From: Vermamoeba vermiformis
Taxonomy: Eukaryota
Assembly: GCA_045837725.1 (NCBI GenBank)
Contig: JBEWZL010000095.1
Span: forward strand, 62,001 to 126,000
Direction of reading: 5' to 3'
Length of the DNA stretch: 64,000 nucleotides
Shown here: positions 37,342 to 50,176 of the stretch, one piece after another
How positions within the stretch are numbered: position 1 is the first letter of the stretch
How the letters are laid out: every line of letters starts with the position of its first letter
Program-made: the position numbers and the translations under genes
The notes under the pieces: generated by a model
Told to the model about the DNA's origin: nothing
Seen by the model: the letters and a program-made list of their open reading frames with translations, nothing else
Database searches by the model: none

Positions 37342-39561
37342 TCAGTTCGTCTGAAGATAGAACAGCCAGGCGTTGCTGGTGCTGGTCTCAGTCGGGATGT
37401 TCACCGATGTCACGGTGTTGTTGTCGAATAGCAGCCATTCATTATCGCGCTTGCAATAGCTCACCAGACGGACTGGATCAGCCAACTTGATTGCAACGGC
37501 AAACAAACTGTACTCGTATTGACTGCGCGCGATCAGCGATTGTACGGAACATAGCAAAGGACTACTTACAACGAGACCGAGGGCGGAATGGTCACGGGCA
37601 CGTTCTTACTGTTGGTAATCAGCATCAATAACACGCGCGGACAGCGCATCATGATACGACGTCTGATTGCTTCTTGCTTGCCGCCGTCACATAGTACACT
37701 GCGGCACTCGACACTACGTGAGGCAAGTAAGAACTGTGACCCAAGAGCAAGTGACTTACCGTCGAGGCATGGGCTGCTCTTTGAAGTAGTTTGCTAAGCA
37801 CGATTCGATGTTGGCATCAATTTTCAAAATGTAGGGAAATCGTGTAATCTTGTCGCTTGCTACATTGCTGCAGTGCGTGCACGTGATATTGCTCTAGTTA
37901 CATATTAGCCTCTATACGAGCTGTTGTTATCAGGCATATCATACTTGAATCTCGGCGGCAAAGAGCCTCTTGAACGGAGACAGATTACTCAAGCTTTTCT
38001 TCTTGTAGTATTCTTCTTGTTCGCGTTCTGCTTGGCGCACAAACTCCTTCAGAAAATTCTGCGAATGTCATTAGATCAAAAGTTCATGTGTTTAAAGTCC
38101 TACCTTTGTGTTTGGTCCTGGCACCGTGAATCTATCAAGTGGTTAGTTCAAATGATCACAGACTGATGTGACTTACAATTCGACAGGGGTCTGGTCACTG
38201 CCTTCAAACAGTGCTCGAAACACTTTGGCGAGTGGTTTGCTCAAGGGCATCGCGTCATCTTCAAAGCGATTGGCCAGAAAATAATCGCGTATTTGTTCAA
38301 TCGAGTACAAGCACTGAATGACAGCATTGCCATAATAGGGAATGTTGGGATTGGCTGCGAGTCCTGTTCCTTTTTGAGCTGCAGTCGTCACTTCATTATC
38401 TTCGGGCTTATCATTGGCACTGAAGGCCACTACACTCGCATGCAATCGCTTCTGATACGTCTTTGGCAGAGAAGACCAAGCTTTGCTTTGCTCGTTGTAA
38501 ACATAACACCGGCGCTCCAAGAAGAACACGAGTGGGTCATGGAATTGCGTCCATGAGGTTATTTGCTTTGCTTGTGGATTCGGTACAGTGACGAGAATGT
38601 CATGCCACGTCACAGGTGTCTTTGTCAGTTGTCCTCCTATCGCCATGATTTTTTGTTTGCTCGTCAACACTGTCGTGGGATGCATGACACTCTCGTGTGC
38701 CACTCTGTAGCTCTCTTCAATCCACCGCTGATTTTTAATGTCTAAGCGTTCAATCGAGTCCAGAACTTTAGTGCTATCGAAATTGTCACCACCAATGACA
38801 TACGGCGTTTCTTAAATGGGTTAACAACGAGGTCTAAAGTATACTTGACTTACTATTGACAATAATGACCGAGGGGCTAGAACGCGCTTGATTCATCTTG
38901 GGCAGTTCTAGCCACGTGTTTGTGACTGGGTCGTACTTCTCTGCGCGGGGAGTGGCTCGTGTCTTGGTGACGTGATTGTACTCCAACAACACTTTGCCGC
39001 CAAACACGTATATCTCATTGTTCATCACCACTGCTGCAAAATCGAAGCGTTCTTTGTTCATTGGAGCCACACGCTCCCATTTGTCCGACGCGACATTGTA
39101 TCGCTCGACAGAATTGAGACATGTGATTTGATTGTCAATGCTTAGACCCGTTGCTTTGCCTCCAATAGCATAAAGATAGTTGCCACAGCGAATGAAGCCG
39201 TGGTTGGATCTAGCCTCGTGCATGGGCCTGACAGGTGTCCAAAATGACAGGTTTGGATCGAATCGTTCAACATGTGCTATCGAATCTTCATTTACTTCTC
39301 CACCCGACACAAATAAATAGCCTTTACTTCCCGGTAATTTGCCTTCTAACTCCTGTGATTTAAAATTAAAATCGAAAATTGCAATGGTAAAGATAAAAAA
39401 TCATCAATAAATTCGAGAGACTAACCACACTAAGTGTTATACTTAAGAGTATTATTCGGTACAATGCCGGTTTATTGAGACTTTTTTGTTACCTTGACTC
39501 GAGATCTGAGCTGCTCATTCTCAGCTGCTAATGCGCGAATTGTTTCCTCTTGAGAAGTCAT
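37342..39561 (-). CDS. Kelch-repeat protein fused to a degenerate USP (peptidase C19)-like domain
   Basis: Probable start MTSQEETIRALAAENEQLR at 39561. Kelch motifs YAIGG..VERY..W..VAPM..R and YVFGG. USP-like GLAANPNIPYYGNAVIQCL and YSLFAV...WLLFDN..V..AWLFY. Confidence 0.75.
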
Positions 39562-39814
39562 TAATCAACAAATACACTTTCAATACTATTCATTGATTTA
39601 AGATGTGTTGTGACTTGCAAAGTGTCACACGCTGAAGTGAAACACTGTCGGTTTCGTTTTATTTTCGTGTGAATCGACCAACCGTCGTGACATGAATACA
39701 AATTGCAATTACATGTCATATACTTCGACTTGACACTCGAGAAGTTCTGTAAATTGGACTCAGCGCCATACGTAGACTTTGACAGACGTCGTGCCATACT
39801 TAAGGAAGGATCAA

Positions 39815-40944
39815 TTATATGCTGCTGTGATCAATGCTCAAGTAATAGTGCTTCCACATGTTCTCAGCCACGTACTTCAACTTCCACTGCAGAGAACATT
39901 CGATCAACCGTCCCTTTTGGAAGTACCACACGTAGGTGTTGTTGCTGAACTGCATTGATGATACGAATTAAACACTGCAACAGAGCAATATACGCATTCA
40001 ATAGTACCTTTTCACCAGAGAGCTTGAGCAGTTCTCGGATGAGTTCTGCATCGTACACGAGCACAAATCTCAAGTGAGGTCTGTTCCATCGCTTCAAGTT
40101 GTTCAACAGCGGACCAATGCTCTGACATCAACTCAGTTAATGTGGTCCAAATGATAGGCTCGAGTAAATTACCTTGAGCGAGAAGTCAGAGCTGCTGGTC
40201 TGCGCGGTGGGCGGTGAAATTTGAAAGATGACAGTGAGGCCTGGGTCATGAATGCTCTTCCACACGTGTTCTGTCGTGTCTGGCTTTTGCACGGTCTATT
40301 ACAAGGGTTAATGGAGTGTATAATGAGCATGCAATCAGTTTGAACTTACAGCTAGTACATCACGCACTTCACGCAGATCATCGAGTTCAAAATCAATGTT
40401 CTTGTAGCCGATAAATATCAAATTGCTCTCCCATGCGCCGTGGTAATTCTTTTCAATGGACTCTTTGGTTGAATTGTCCTTATAATTTAAAAGGTGAGGC
40501 GAATTCAAACTCGATACGAAATTTAAATTTGTAGCTTACATCAGTCGATGACAAAATATAGTCTGTCAATAAGTAGAATTCGGATTCTATAAGCAATTCT
40601 CTTCGTTCAATCTCGTCCGTTGGTAAAATAATGCGACCGGATCGCAAGAAGTTCAATAATAGACGAAAGTGTTTGCCGTCTCTATCGATAAATATGGACC
40701 CGTCTTCTTGTTTTAAAAGAGGATACTTGTCATTGAGCAAGCCTGAAATTAAATATTAATTTTTGGATCCAGTTTTGAACACGGGGCAGAGTTTTATCAT
40801 TGGAAAATGCAAATAGATAGTGGATAATAAATACTAGTTTACGATTAAATTACCGGTGAAATATGTGTCGGGATACTTCTTCAAAGTGCTTTTGGTTGTC
40901 TTGAATTTATAGCCGCCGACATCCAAGGTCAATATATCATCCAT
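39815..40944 (-). CDS. KCTD/T1-type BTB-POZ domain protein (3' end uncertain)
   Basis: Motifs LTLDVGGYKFKTTKSTLKKYPDTYF, IFIDRDGKHFRLLLNFLRSG and ESEFY. Confidence 0.8.
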
Positions 40945-41065
40945 TAGTGTATTGGAGTACTTCTCGTGCGAATATACTAATTTGAAGAGAAGACAAATCT
41001 TTGATTCGGTCAATCTCGGTCAAAAATATTTTTCGCTGAATTTTAGATTCACCGCAAAGAGACAC

Positions 41066-42912
41066 TTAGTCCGATTTATTTTCTTGCGTACTAGTAGTAG
41101 TAACCTCCGTTGCACGTGGGATTGTACTATTCTTTGGCCTGCCCGTTGAGGCTTTGGGCTCTTTTAAAGTGATGTTATTCTTCTCAACGTAGTCGAAGAA
41201 GTACGGCAGCACATTGAAATTGAATTCTTCCACTGAGTGCGTCAATAAATAAGTTTTGGGTCTCAACAGCGTGCGCGCTATGCGTAAAAATCTCTTCTTG
41301 CTCCAATTGCCTTTAAGCCCCTTCCTGTTGTTCAAGCTAGTGTTAAATATGACACTTAGTATTATTATTGTGCTCGGTGCTTACATCTTTTCAATGGTCT
41401 TATTCGCTAATAGTTCCCAGTTGTTGTACATTTTCTTCGTTCTAGTTGAGTCCCAGTAAATGGTAAACTCCTGCAAAGATTTTCGTGTTTCATTGCTGCA
41501 TTTGAAGGGTCAATTAAAGCTCACGGTAGTGCAATGTAAATTATTTGTGCAATATTAATTACCTTAGCTCTCTATATGCGACATCAGAATGGATCTGCTC
41601 AGGAAGTGTGTCAGCAGTGTATCCCTTGGCCAATGGACTCTCTGCGTTGACTGTGAAGTACTTGCGCGGTATAATAGGACGCTTAGAGATAGGGTCTTCG
41701 TACAGCTGTGGATGTTCTCGCATTTCTTTCGCTCGCTCTTCGGGCAAAAAGAGATAGCTGATGAACAGATCCGGTGCTTTGTTAATGCTGGCTTGCACAA
41801 TGCGTGCTAGATCACGTGTCGGCGAGAGGTCTTCAGCGAAGTGTGCTTTGATGTAGGCAACAATCTTGTGCAGTGTCACTGGCGGCTGTGAGTGCGTGAT
41901 GGCGAGTTCAATCATTTGATTGTACGTCAGACCTGACTTCTTGTACGAGGTGCGCGATCTGTTTCACGCGTGAGCTACAGATTGACACGTGTCAAATGGC
42001 AACTCGCATGCACTTACCCTGACTTGCGTCGATGTCGTTCAATCAGCTCTTGCACGTACTGTTGGGCCATTTGAGGCTTGTTGTGTAGTTTGTAGAACTC
42101 GGACACTCGCTTGATGACGTCCTCGCTCGGTGTGCTGCCGTTGTGTTTGATGTACTCGGTCAACACTTTGATCACGCGCACTGCACGGCTGTACGTGTGC
42201 ACTGTAGTTGCGATTTTGATGGGCAGTTCGATCAGTGGCGAGGACTCGAGCTTGTGCTTTGAGAGCTTGGCTTTGATGTCCAGTGCCTAATTAGGTAATT
42301 ATTAGTGAATGTCTGCACGAGGGCATCGAGGCGTACTAGAGTGAGTCGATTGCCAGCGGGCGAGAGCACTTCAAACATCTTGTCGACCATCTCTTGTGTA
42401 GGCACCATTTTGAGTGAAATCAACTGATCGATGACTTGCTTCAAACGCGCCACTGTTTTCACACCTCTGAACACGTCGTGAATGATGGCTGTGGAGATTT
42501 CTGACTTGATTGAATCAGGCAGCCAGGACAGCTTATTATTATTGGTACTTTCATCCTTGCTTTCATCGCTGTAATAGTGGTGTGTTGTTCGCGTGAGGGC
42601 GAGTGGGCTGTGAATTAACTAATTAAATACATTGACGCGGACGAACTGCAAATTATTTTAAACGCTAAAATATGTCGAATATTTGAGTAATGATTTAGGT
42701 CGTAATATTAACTTTAATTGAGCTCCCCTAATAAATAGATCGACTTACTTGAGCAAAGTGTTCTTGTTTGCTAGTAATTTTGGCTGTCTGACATTATTTA
42801 CAATTTTTCCATTATTGTCTGCTCGTTGGTAAAGGTGAAACTGTTGTGACACCAAAGTGGTGCTAGATCTGGTTGCCAACGGTAACCTAAACGCATTAAA
42901 CAATCTAAACAT
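41066..42912 (-). CDS. Hypothetical protein with predicted mitochondrial presequence and winged-helix-like segment
   Basis: N-terminus MFRLFNAFRLPLATRSSTTL is Arg/Ser/Leu-rich with no acidic residues. Internal segment TYNQMIELAITHSQPPVTLHKIVAYIKAHF. One splice junction near 41500-41562 was not resolved. Confidence 0.5.
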
Positions 42913-43058
42913 GGTGCAAATGTTTAGGCGTGTTGTTGGTTATCGGTAATGAGTTGAGAGAAAATTTGGTTGTTCGGTCGCAAAACAGTTTCGGTGGATC
43001 CAAAATTTTGTTCGATCTTACGGAGGTTCAGAAGCAACACAATAGCCTTAAAATCAAT

Positions 43059-43567
43059 ATGAGTTCATTCAAGAAGAAAGCAAATGTTAAGAAGCCTCAA
43101 GGTGCTGGCAAGATCCGCATGCAAGGTGCCAAGCCTAAAGCTCAACCGTCAAGGCAGATGCAGATCAAGCAAGCCATGATGGAGAGCGACAGCGAAGATC
43201 AATACAACAGCGATAATAACGAGCAATTTGATAACAATAATAATGGCAGTGAATCGTCGGAGGAGATGGGCGATGAGTTCGATCTGGATCAAATGGAGGA
43301 GGACTCCGCTGACGTAAATAATGGGTATGCATATTATATAAATTATACACATATTCATATAATTGATGCTAACAAATATGCAATTTTTAATTTCCTGCAT
43401 CACGATCAGGATTTAAATGTTAACTTCATTTTTATATTTGTATATTAATCTCTTCCTTCTTTTATTGTAAAATAATATACTACAATTATCTCGTTTAAAA
43501 TTTGGTGAAGTACGATCCAACAATTTTCTCTTGCAGATCGCGAAACAATCAACTCTTTGACGACGAT

Positions 43568-43599
<32 letters not shown>

Positions 43600-46010
43600 A
43601 ATTCTTAACAAAGCTAAGGGATTCACTGATGACAACGCTAACTGGTTGAAAGTCAAGGTAATTGTCGCGATCCGATCAGATCCAAAAAAAAAAAAATAAT
43701 AATTTATTTAATTAGGGACAAGGAGGAGACGACGATGAAGACGACGAAGGAGAAGACGACGATGAAGATAGTGATGATCAAAACTTCAAAGCTATGGTCC
43801 GCAAGTCCAAGCAGATCGAAGCTGAGAAGGCTCGCGAGGCTGAAGAAGCAGAGCTTGAACTGCAAGATGCAGCGAAACAGACCGCTAAATTTGAGTTCCC
43901 CGATGACGAGACTCTGCAGGCTGAGAGTACGTGATTGTTTGCTCGTGCTGACGATTGCTAATGATCTTTTTAACAGAGGACCAAGGCATTGACATGACTG
44001 TCGTGCGTGCTCGTATTGACGAAGTTGTGCGCATTTTGAACAACTTTGCCGAAGAGCGTGACGGCGTGCACTCGCGCAAGGAATACGTGCAGCTGTTGAA
44101 GAATGACTTGTCGTTCTACTTTGGCTACACCATGTTCTTGCTCGATCGATTCATTCAACTTTTCCCGCCCAGCGAGGTACGTGTCACATGTCACAGCTAC
44201 AGTGGCGCTGAACTAATGACTTGTGCAGCTGTTGGAGTTCTTGGAAGCCAACGAACAACCGCGTCCAGTGACCATTCGCACCAACACACTCAAGACGCGC
44301 AGAAAGGACTTGGCCCAAGCACTGATTGGTCGTGGTGCTGGTGTTGGTGCCATTGAGTGGAGTCAAGTTGGTGTTCAAGTGTTTGACAGCACCGTGCCTA
44401 TTGGTAAGTAGAACATACATTCGATACGCAGATGAGTGGTTGACACGTGTCAATTTGAAAGGTGCCACTCCTGAATACTTGGCCGGACACTACATGATTC
44501 AAAGTGCCAGTTCTTTCACACCTGTCATGGCCTTGGATCCTCAGCCCAACGAACGTATTTTGGATATGAGTGCTGCTCCTGGTGGCAAGACTACTCATAT
44601 TGGTATGTCAATCGAGCGACTAAAGTAATGTTTGACTGGTGGATCTAACTTATTCCTGCAGCTGCAATGATGAAGAACACGGGTATTTTGGTAGCAAATG
44701 ACTTGAACAAAGAGCGTTTGACTGGTCTCATCGCGAACGTGCACCGCATGGGTGTCAAGAACTGCATTGTTACCAACTATGACGGCCGTAGCTTCCCCAA
44801 GGTGATGGGTGGCTTTGATCGCATTTTGTTGGACGCACCTTGCACGGGTACTGGTATTATTGCTCGCGATCCCTCTATCAAGGTGCAAAAGTCTGAGAGT
44901 GACATTCGTGTCTGCTCGTACACTCAAAAGCACTTGTTGTTGGCTGCTATTGATTCAGTCGATGCTAACTCACAGACTGGTGGTGTTATTGTGTACAGTA
45001 CTTGCTCGATCACCGTTGAAGAGAACGAGGCTGTGGTCGATTATGTCTTGAAAAAGCGCAATGTCAAGTTAGTTGAGGCTGGTTTGCCCTTCGGTCGTCC
45101 TGGTAAGTGGAGTTACACTATATTAATTGCGCGTTGTTTGACACGTGTCATTAGGTGTCACAAAGTACTTGAGCAAGCGATTCCATCCCTCTGTCACTTT
45201 GACTCGTCGCTTCTACCCTCACGTGTACAATATGGACGGTTTCTACGTCGCCAAGTTCAAGAAGTTGAGCAATGAAATCCCTGCAGGAAAGGACGAGAAG
45301 GAAATTGACGAAAGTTTTGGTGTTGAGATTAAAGGTACGAGCAGTGTTAAAGTGATGTTCCCGTCTAACCATGCGATGTAGATAATGACGAGTATACCAA
45401 CATGAAGAAGGATACTTTGCAAAAGCCTCAAGAGACCAAGAAGCGAAAGAAGAGCGATGTAGCCAAGTCTAATGGTGTCACCAAGGCTAAAGCTACTGAG
45501 CAGATCGATCATATGGACGAAGATGAACACGAGTCTGAGCCACCAAAGAAGAAGGCCAAAGTAGCTAAAGCAGAGGCTATGGACGTTGAGCCCACTGAGT
45601 CAAAGCCCGTCAAAGAGAAGACACCTGTCAAAGAGACTGCTAGCAAGCCCGCCAAGATTGAGCAAGCAAAGACACCCGCCAAGGCCACTCCCTCCAAAGA
45701 AAAAGCTACTCCAGTCAAGGAAGCCGATGCCAAGCCAGCGAAGGAAGAGGTCAAGAAGACACCCGTGACCACACCGGCCAAGGCTACTCCCGCAAAAGAA
45801 AAGACACCCGTCAAGGAGACTGCGGAGAAAAAGACCCCTGCTAAAGAGAACGGTGAAAAGAAAACACCAGCCAAGACCCCTACTAAGGAAGCCGACAACA
45901 AACCAGCAGTGAAGACCCCTGCTAAGGACAACAAGACTCCAGTGAAACAAGACAAAACTCCTGCTAAGCCAGCCACACCGGCTTCAAATAAGAAGACGCC
46001 CAAGAAATAA
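43059..46010 (+). CDS. NOP2: Nucleolar LSU rRNA m5C methyltransferase Nop2/NSUN1
   Basis: Motifs [69 protein letters not shown] and MDGFYVAK. Confidence 0.97.
43559..43597 (+). repeat. GAC/GAT trinucleotide run encoding poly-Asp in NOP2
   Basis: Run gacgacgatgacgacgacgatgatgatgacgacgatgac. Confidence 0.8.
45618..46007 (+). repeat. TPxK peptide repeats in the NOP2 C-terminal tail
   Basis: 14 TPxK motifs counted in the translated ORF. Confidence 0.85.
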
Positions 46011-46150
46011 GTCTAGCCTGTTAATACTTGCGAAATAAATAATAATATCCTTGAGCTGATTGCATAGTTTCGCCCACGGTCAGTCAAAGCTAGTAAATCG
46101 AGATTTTACCGCGAAATATGTACAGCGATGAGTATTTACAAATATTACAA

Positions 46151-48716
46151 CTAGCGCTCATTGTCCGAGTCAACAATGTCGTCTTGGGCCAACACTTCTG
46201 CATTGCGCCGCATTTCATCTTTGAAATTATTTTTGATGTCTTTCACCCTCGTGGCGTGTGATGTGTGCGGTGATTGATGGCTGGACAACTCTTCGAGTGA
46301 GAATTCAAACTGATCGAGCAATGCGTTACGAGAAAAGCTTGTGTTGTAGGCTGAGTAATTTCCCATTATGTCAATGAACGACATTTGACCTAAAAGTGGA
46401 TTAATAATCGTAGAATAATTAAACCTGCACGTACTGGGCGTAAGTTTGAGTTTGTTCACCAAATGATTTCGCGGCAATTTCTTCGCCATAGGAATGTGCT
46501 CCATAATCAGTTGTTCATACGGTGCTTGAATAGCCGTGGTTGAGGTCGGTGTGAGTGACAAGTCTGAGGGCGCAAGAGGAAACAGAATTTGAACGAGTTT
46601 TTTGTTCTGTGAAGCTTGGTAGTGCAAGGGCAGAGGTTTGTACATGGACTTGAACACGTGCGTCTGAAGCGGATGTTGATTGTGATACATGAGACCGCGC
46701 GCAGCAATCAAGAGCGCATTTTGGTTGATTTGCTCGGTGATTTGTTCGTTCTGATAGCCCTCGTAGAACTGCATCAACTGATCGCCGTCACTCAGTGCCT
46801 GTGAGGCCCCAACAACGTCGTTAATGTCTGTGAAGAAGTGCAAGTAGTTCTCTTGCAAAAATCCCGCGAAGAGATTGCTCTCCACACTCATGCAGTCAAT
46901 CACGTGCTCGAGGTCCACGAGACTGGGTGGACGATAGGTTGGATCGTTATTGTTGTTCAACGCTGTGTTACTATTGGTTGAATTTTCATCGTTCACTGAA
47001 CTGGTCGTGCGATACTCGTCTAACAAATCATCACTCGAAGGATCCACTCGTCGCTTCTTAGTCACGTGTTCATCTTCAATCGTTGCATCCTCGCTCTTGG
47101 GCACATCACCTATCAACATATTTAGGTCAGGCTAATCTAAGCACACCATGTGTACGTACGTTTGTTGTAAAGAATTTTGCCGAGTGCGTGAAACAAACTC
47201 AAAGTCTGATCACGACCACTCACATTGCTCTCTTCTTCTCCGCCACTCTCGCGCTCAGCTAGCTTCCTCTTCTTGCCCTTCTTGCCTTTAGTGATGGCAG
47301 CCAAGGCGTGGTCAGGGCGATACTTTGATGAAAAGAATTGCAGGGAGTTGATGGCTGCACGAAGATCTCCTTGCGAATTGTCTGCAATGGACTTCAGTGT
47401 GTTCTTCGCGAGCATGTGGTCAATGTGCTCTTCGCGTGCTATTCGCTGCAGACATTTGACGATGTAACTCGGTGCTACTGGATTGAATCGCACCAATGAA
47501 ATCTCCCCATGAAATTCACCGCTCGTCAACAAATCACCAAAGAGTTGTGTGGCCGATACATTGCCGCCAATCGCTGTGTCGGTGATGGTCATGGCCAGAC
47601 ACGTCTTCACACGACTGCTGCGCTGATCACGCTGCAAATAGGTGCGTATTAAATTGCGGAAGTTCTCTTTGAGCTGATAGGTCTCCAATATCGGCCACTC
47701 CTCGACTGTCAACACCTTCAAGTCATTGCCGCTCTGTGTCTGATCGAGCACGTGATTGTACCGCTCGCGTGTGAGGAATGCATTGAGATCACTCAGACAG
47801 GTCTCAGCACCCGCAGCAGGCATGGCCCATCGTTCCAGTGCCACGGACATGTCGCGGCACAATGTCTCAATGGTGATGCTCTTCGCTGAGCCTGAAGGAC
47901 CGGTGATCACAAGGGCTTTGGGTCCGCGGCCTTGTTTTGCACTCTCAAACAATGCCCTCACTGCGCGCACCTTTGCCGCGTGTACTACGAGCTCATCACT
48001 GCTGCGCGGCGCGTGTTTAACAGACCACAACTCGTGCAGTACTGCGTGTGGGTTGACACTGGCCGTTGACTTTTTTTCACTCGACGTCAAATTTTTGACG
48101 CTGTACTTTGGCTTTGTATTGATCTCGTGTCGCTCTGCGTTGTTGTTGTTATATTCACTTTGTTCGTGGCTGTTCTGACGAGTTGTTGCGGGCTCTAAGC
48201 GATGTAAATGATTAGCAAGGAAGTTAAAGCAACCTCTGTCAAACCTTTAGGAGCGCGCTGTGGTGTGTCTTTAACGGATTTGTTGCTGTCATTGCTGCTG
48301 TTGAGCAGTTTGGGTGGCGTTTGAATTTGTTTGAGCTTGGAAATAATGGATGTCGTTGTGGTTCTGGGCGGTTTCGTTGGCTTTTCACTATTATTTTTAT
48401 TATCCAAAATTATTGGTTTTTCTTCTTTTTTTACTTTCGTAGGACTCGTGTGGGTTGGTCGAATTTTATTGCTATTTTTTGGAATTATTTCTGGTTCCAT
48501 CTCGATCGCGTCGTCCCACTGAACTGTGCTTGGCGTGATTTGAGGTAATTCATCTGCAGAACGTTTTTTTCTCTTGGAAATAAATTCAAATGGCTCGTCT
48601 TCTTCGTCATCGCTCGTCAGATCAATCACATCGCTTCCAGCTTTCCTTTTGACATTACTGGTGACAACACGATTGTTATCTCCCCGCTTGAATTTTGTAG
48701 CAGACGAAGTTAACAT
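46151..48716 (-). CDS. RAD17: Checkpoint clamp loader Rad17/Rad24 (AAA+)
   Basis: Motifs LWSVKHAPRSSDELVVHAAKV, ITGPSGSAKS, FNPVA, GDLRAAINSLQF, RDQTLSLFHALGKILYNKR and LQENY. Confidence 0.92.
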
Positions 48717-48825
48717 TAGTGGAATCGACGCACTCTTCTGTTGTGTTGTTGCATCTGCGCGAGTGAAATTAATTCTCGGAAACCGAAGCCAAAAATATGC
48801 GCGCAAAACAAACAGAACACAACGC

Positions 48826-50001
48826 ATGGAAGTGTTAGCCTTAGATCATTCTGGTAGACCGAAATTCCTTGAAGGAGAGGTGGAGATAACAACAGTAAGG
48901 AATGTGCATTTGAAATTTCCAGATGGCGAAGTGTTTGGCTTGATCCGGCTTACAAATTTTCGCTTGTTGGTGCAAGCTCATCATAAAAACAACAAAAATA
49001 TGGTTGCCAATTATTCGATCAATTGTGCAAATATTAAGGCAGTAGAAGCTGAGAAATCAGGATTTTTCATCCGATACACCAATATTGGTTTGACAGTCTC
49101 AGCACAAAGCGGAGATCTTAAACTACACTTAGAATTTGGAGATAACAATGTCCGAGAGCAATTTAGGGAACAATTCTTGTTAGTAATGCAAAAGAAAGCT
49201 TGGGTAAGTCGGATCTATTCTGCGCGTCATTTTGAGACTAACAACAGTCAGGAATCAACAAACAAAACTACCAAAGGCGCATTCGAAGCTAAAAGAGCAG
49301 GAGTTGCAGGTCTAGAGCGCAGTGTATTGGAGCAGCACGGACAAATATCAAATGATTTGGATCAAGCATTCAAAGATCTGCGCAGCTTGATGGACAATGC
49401 TCGCGAGATGACACTGCTCGCAAACAAATTGACAGAGCAGAACAAAGGTCAGCAGGGCGAGGAGGCCAATCAACTGCAGCGTGAGATGACTTTGCTCGGC
49501 ATCGGCTCGCCTGTCAGTCGCGATCAGATCTCAGACCCTGACGTGTACGAACGAGAGCTGAGTCGTCAAGTATACGACTATCTGATGCAAGCACATTACA
49601 CTTCAAACACACCCATCAGTCTCATCGATCTCTATTGTCTCTACAATCGTGCGCGAGGTACAGATCTGATCAGTCCTGAAGATCTGCTCCGTGCCGTGCT
49701 ACTCTTTCCGCGCCTCGCACTGCACAAGTGGAGTGTGCTGCACTTCCCTTCAGGACTCTACGCACTCGTGCCTGACACGCGCACTCAAGGCCAAGACGCG
49801 CTGACAGGTCTCGCGCAACACATCGCGCAGTTGATCGAGTCGCAAGGACCACAGACCAGCTCTCAACTCGCCACGCGTGCGCACATGTCCCTCGCCCTCA
49901 CACTGCACGCCACTGGCCACGCAGAGACATTGGGCCTCATTTGTCGCGATGAGACTGCGCAGGGTGTCGTGTGGTGGAAGAACATATTTAATTGTACATA
50001 A
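48826..50001 (+). CDS. VPS36: ESCRT-II subunit Vps36/EAP45
   Basis: GLUE-like LTNFRL, AGVAGLER, AFKDLRSLM, LGIGSPV, DLYCLYNRARGTDLISPEDL and GLICRDE. Probable 48-nt in-frame intron at 49204-49251. Confidence 0.92.
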   Translation: MEVLALDHSGRPKFLEGEVEITTVRNVHLKFPDGEVFGLIRLTNFRLLVQAHHKNNKNMVANYSINCANIKAVEAEKSGFFIRYTNIGLTVSAQSGDLKLHLEFGDNNVREQFREQFLLVMQKKAWVSRIYSARHFETNNSQESTNKTTKGAFEAKRAGVAGLERSVLEQHGQISNDLDQAFKDLRSLMDNAREMTLLANKLTEQNKGQQGEEANQLQREMTLLGIGSPVSRDQISDPDVYERELSRQVYDYLMQAHYTSNTPISLIDLYCLYNRARGTDLISPEDLLRAVLLFPRLALHKWSVLHFPSGLYALVPDTRTQGQDALTGLAQHIAQLIESQGPQTSSQLATRAHMSLALTLHATGHAETLGLICRDETAQGVVWWKNIFNCT

Positions 50002-50176
50002 TGCTGTAATATAAATGAACTTTAGTCGCTCTTTCTTTGACTCCAGAATTCATGGGCAAACAATCAGCAAATCACGTGATTGTTTGCTGCCCACGTGCCG
50101 AATTATTTATCTGTGAAAATTCTGCCTGCAGTAATTATTCTTTTTTTGTGGCCACCAAGCAGCACACAACTGCACT

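Noticed and set aside
39559-39797. TAATG stop-start overlap between a BTB-linked ORF and the Kelch gene (coupled reinitiation)
   Set aside because: The BTB frame more simply ends at 39815 and the 39561-39797 ORF looks non-coding. This cannot be supported without transcripts.
48574-48827. Apparent overlap of the RAD17 and VPS36 ORFs
   Set aside because: The ORF track used upstream non-ATG starts. The likely ATGs are 48716 (-) and 48826 (+), which do not overlap.
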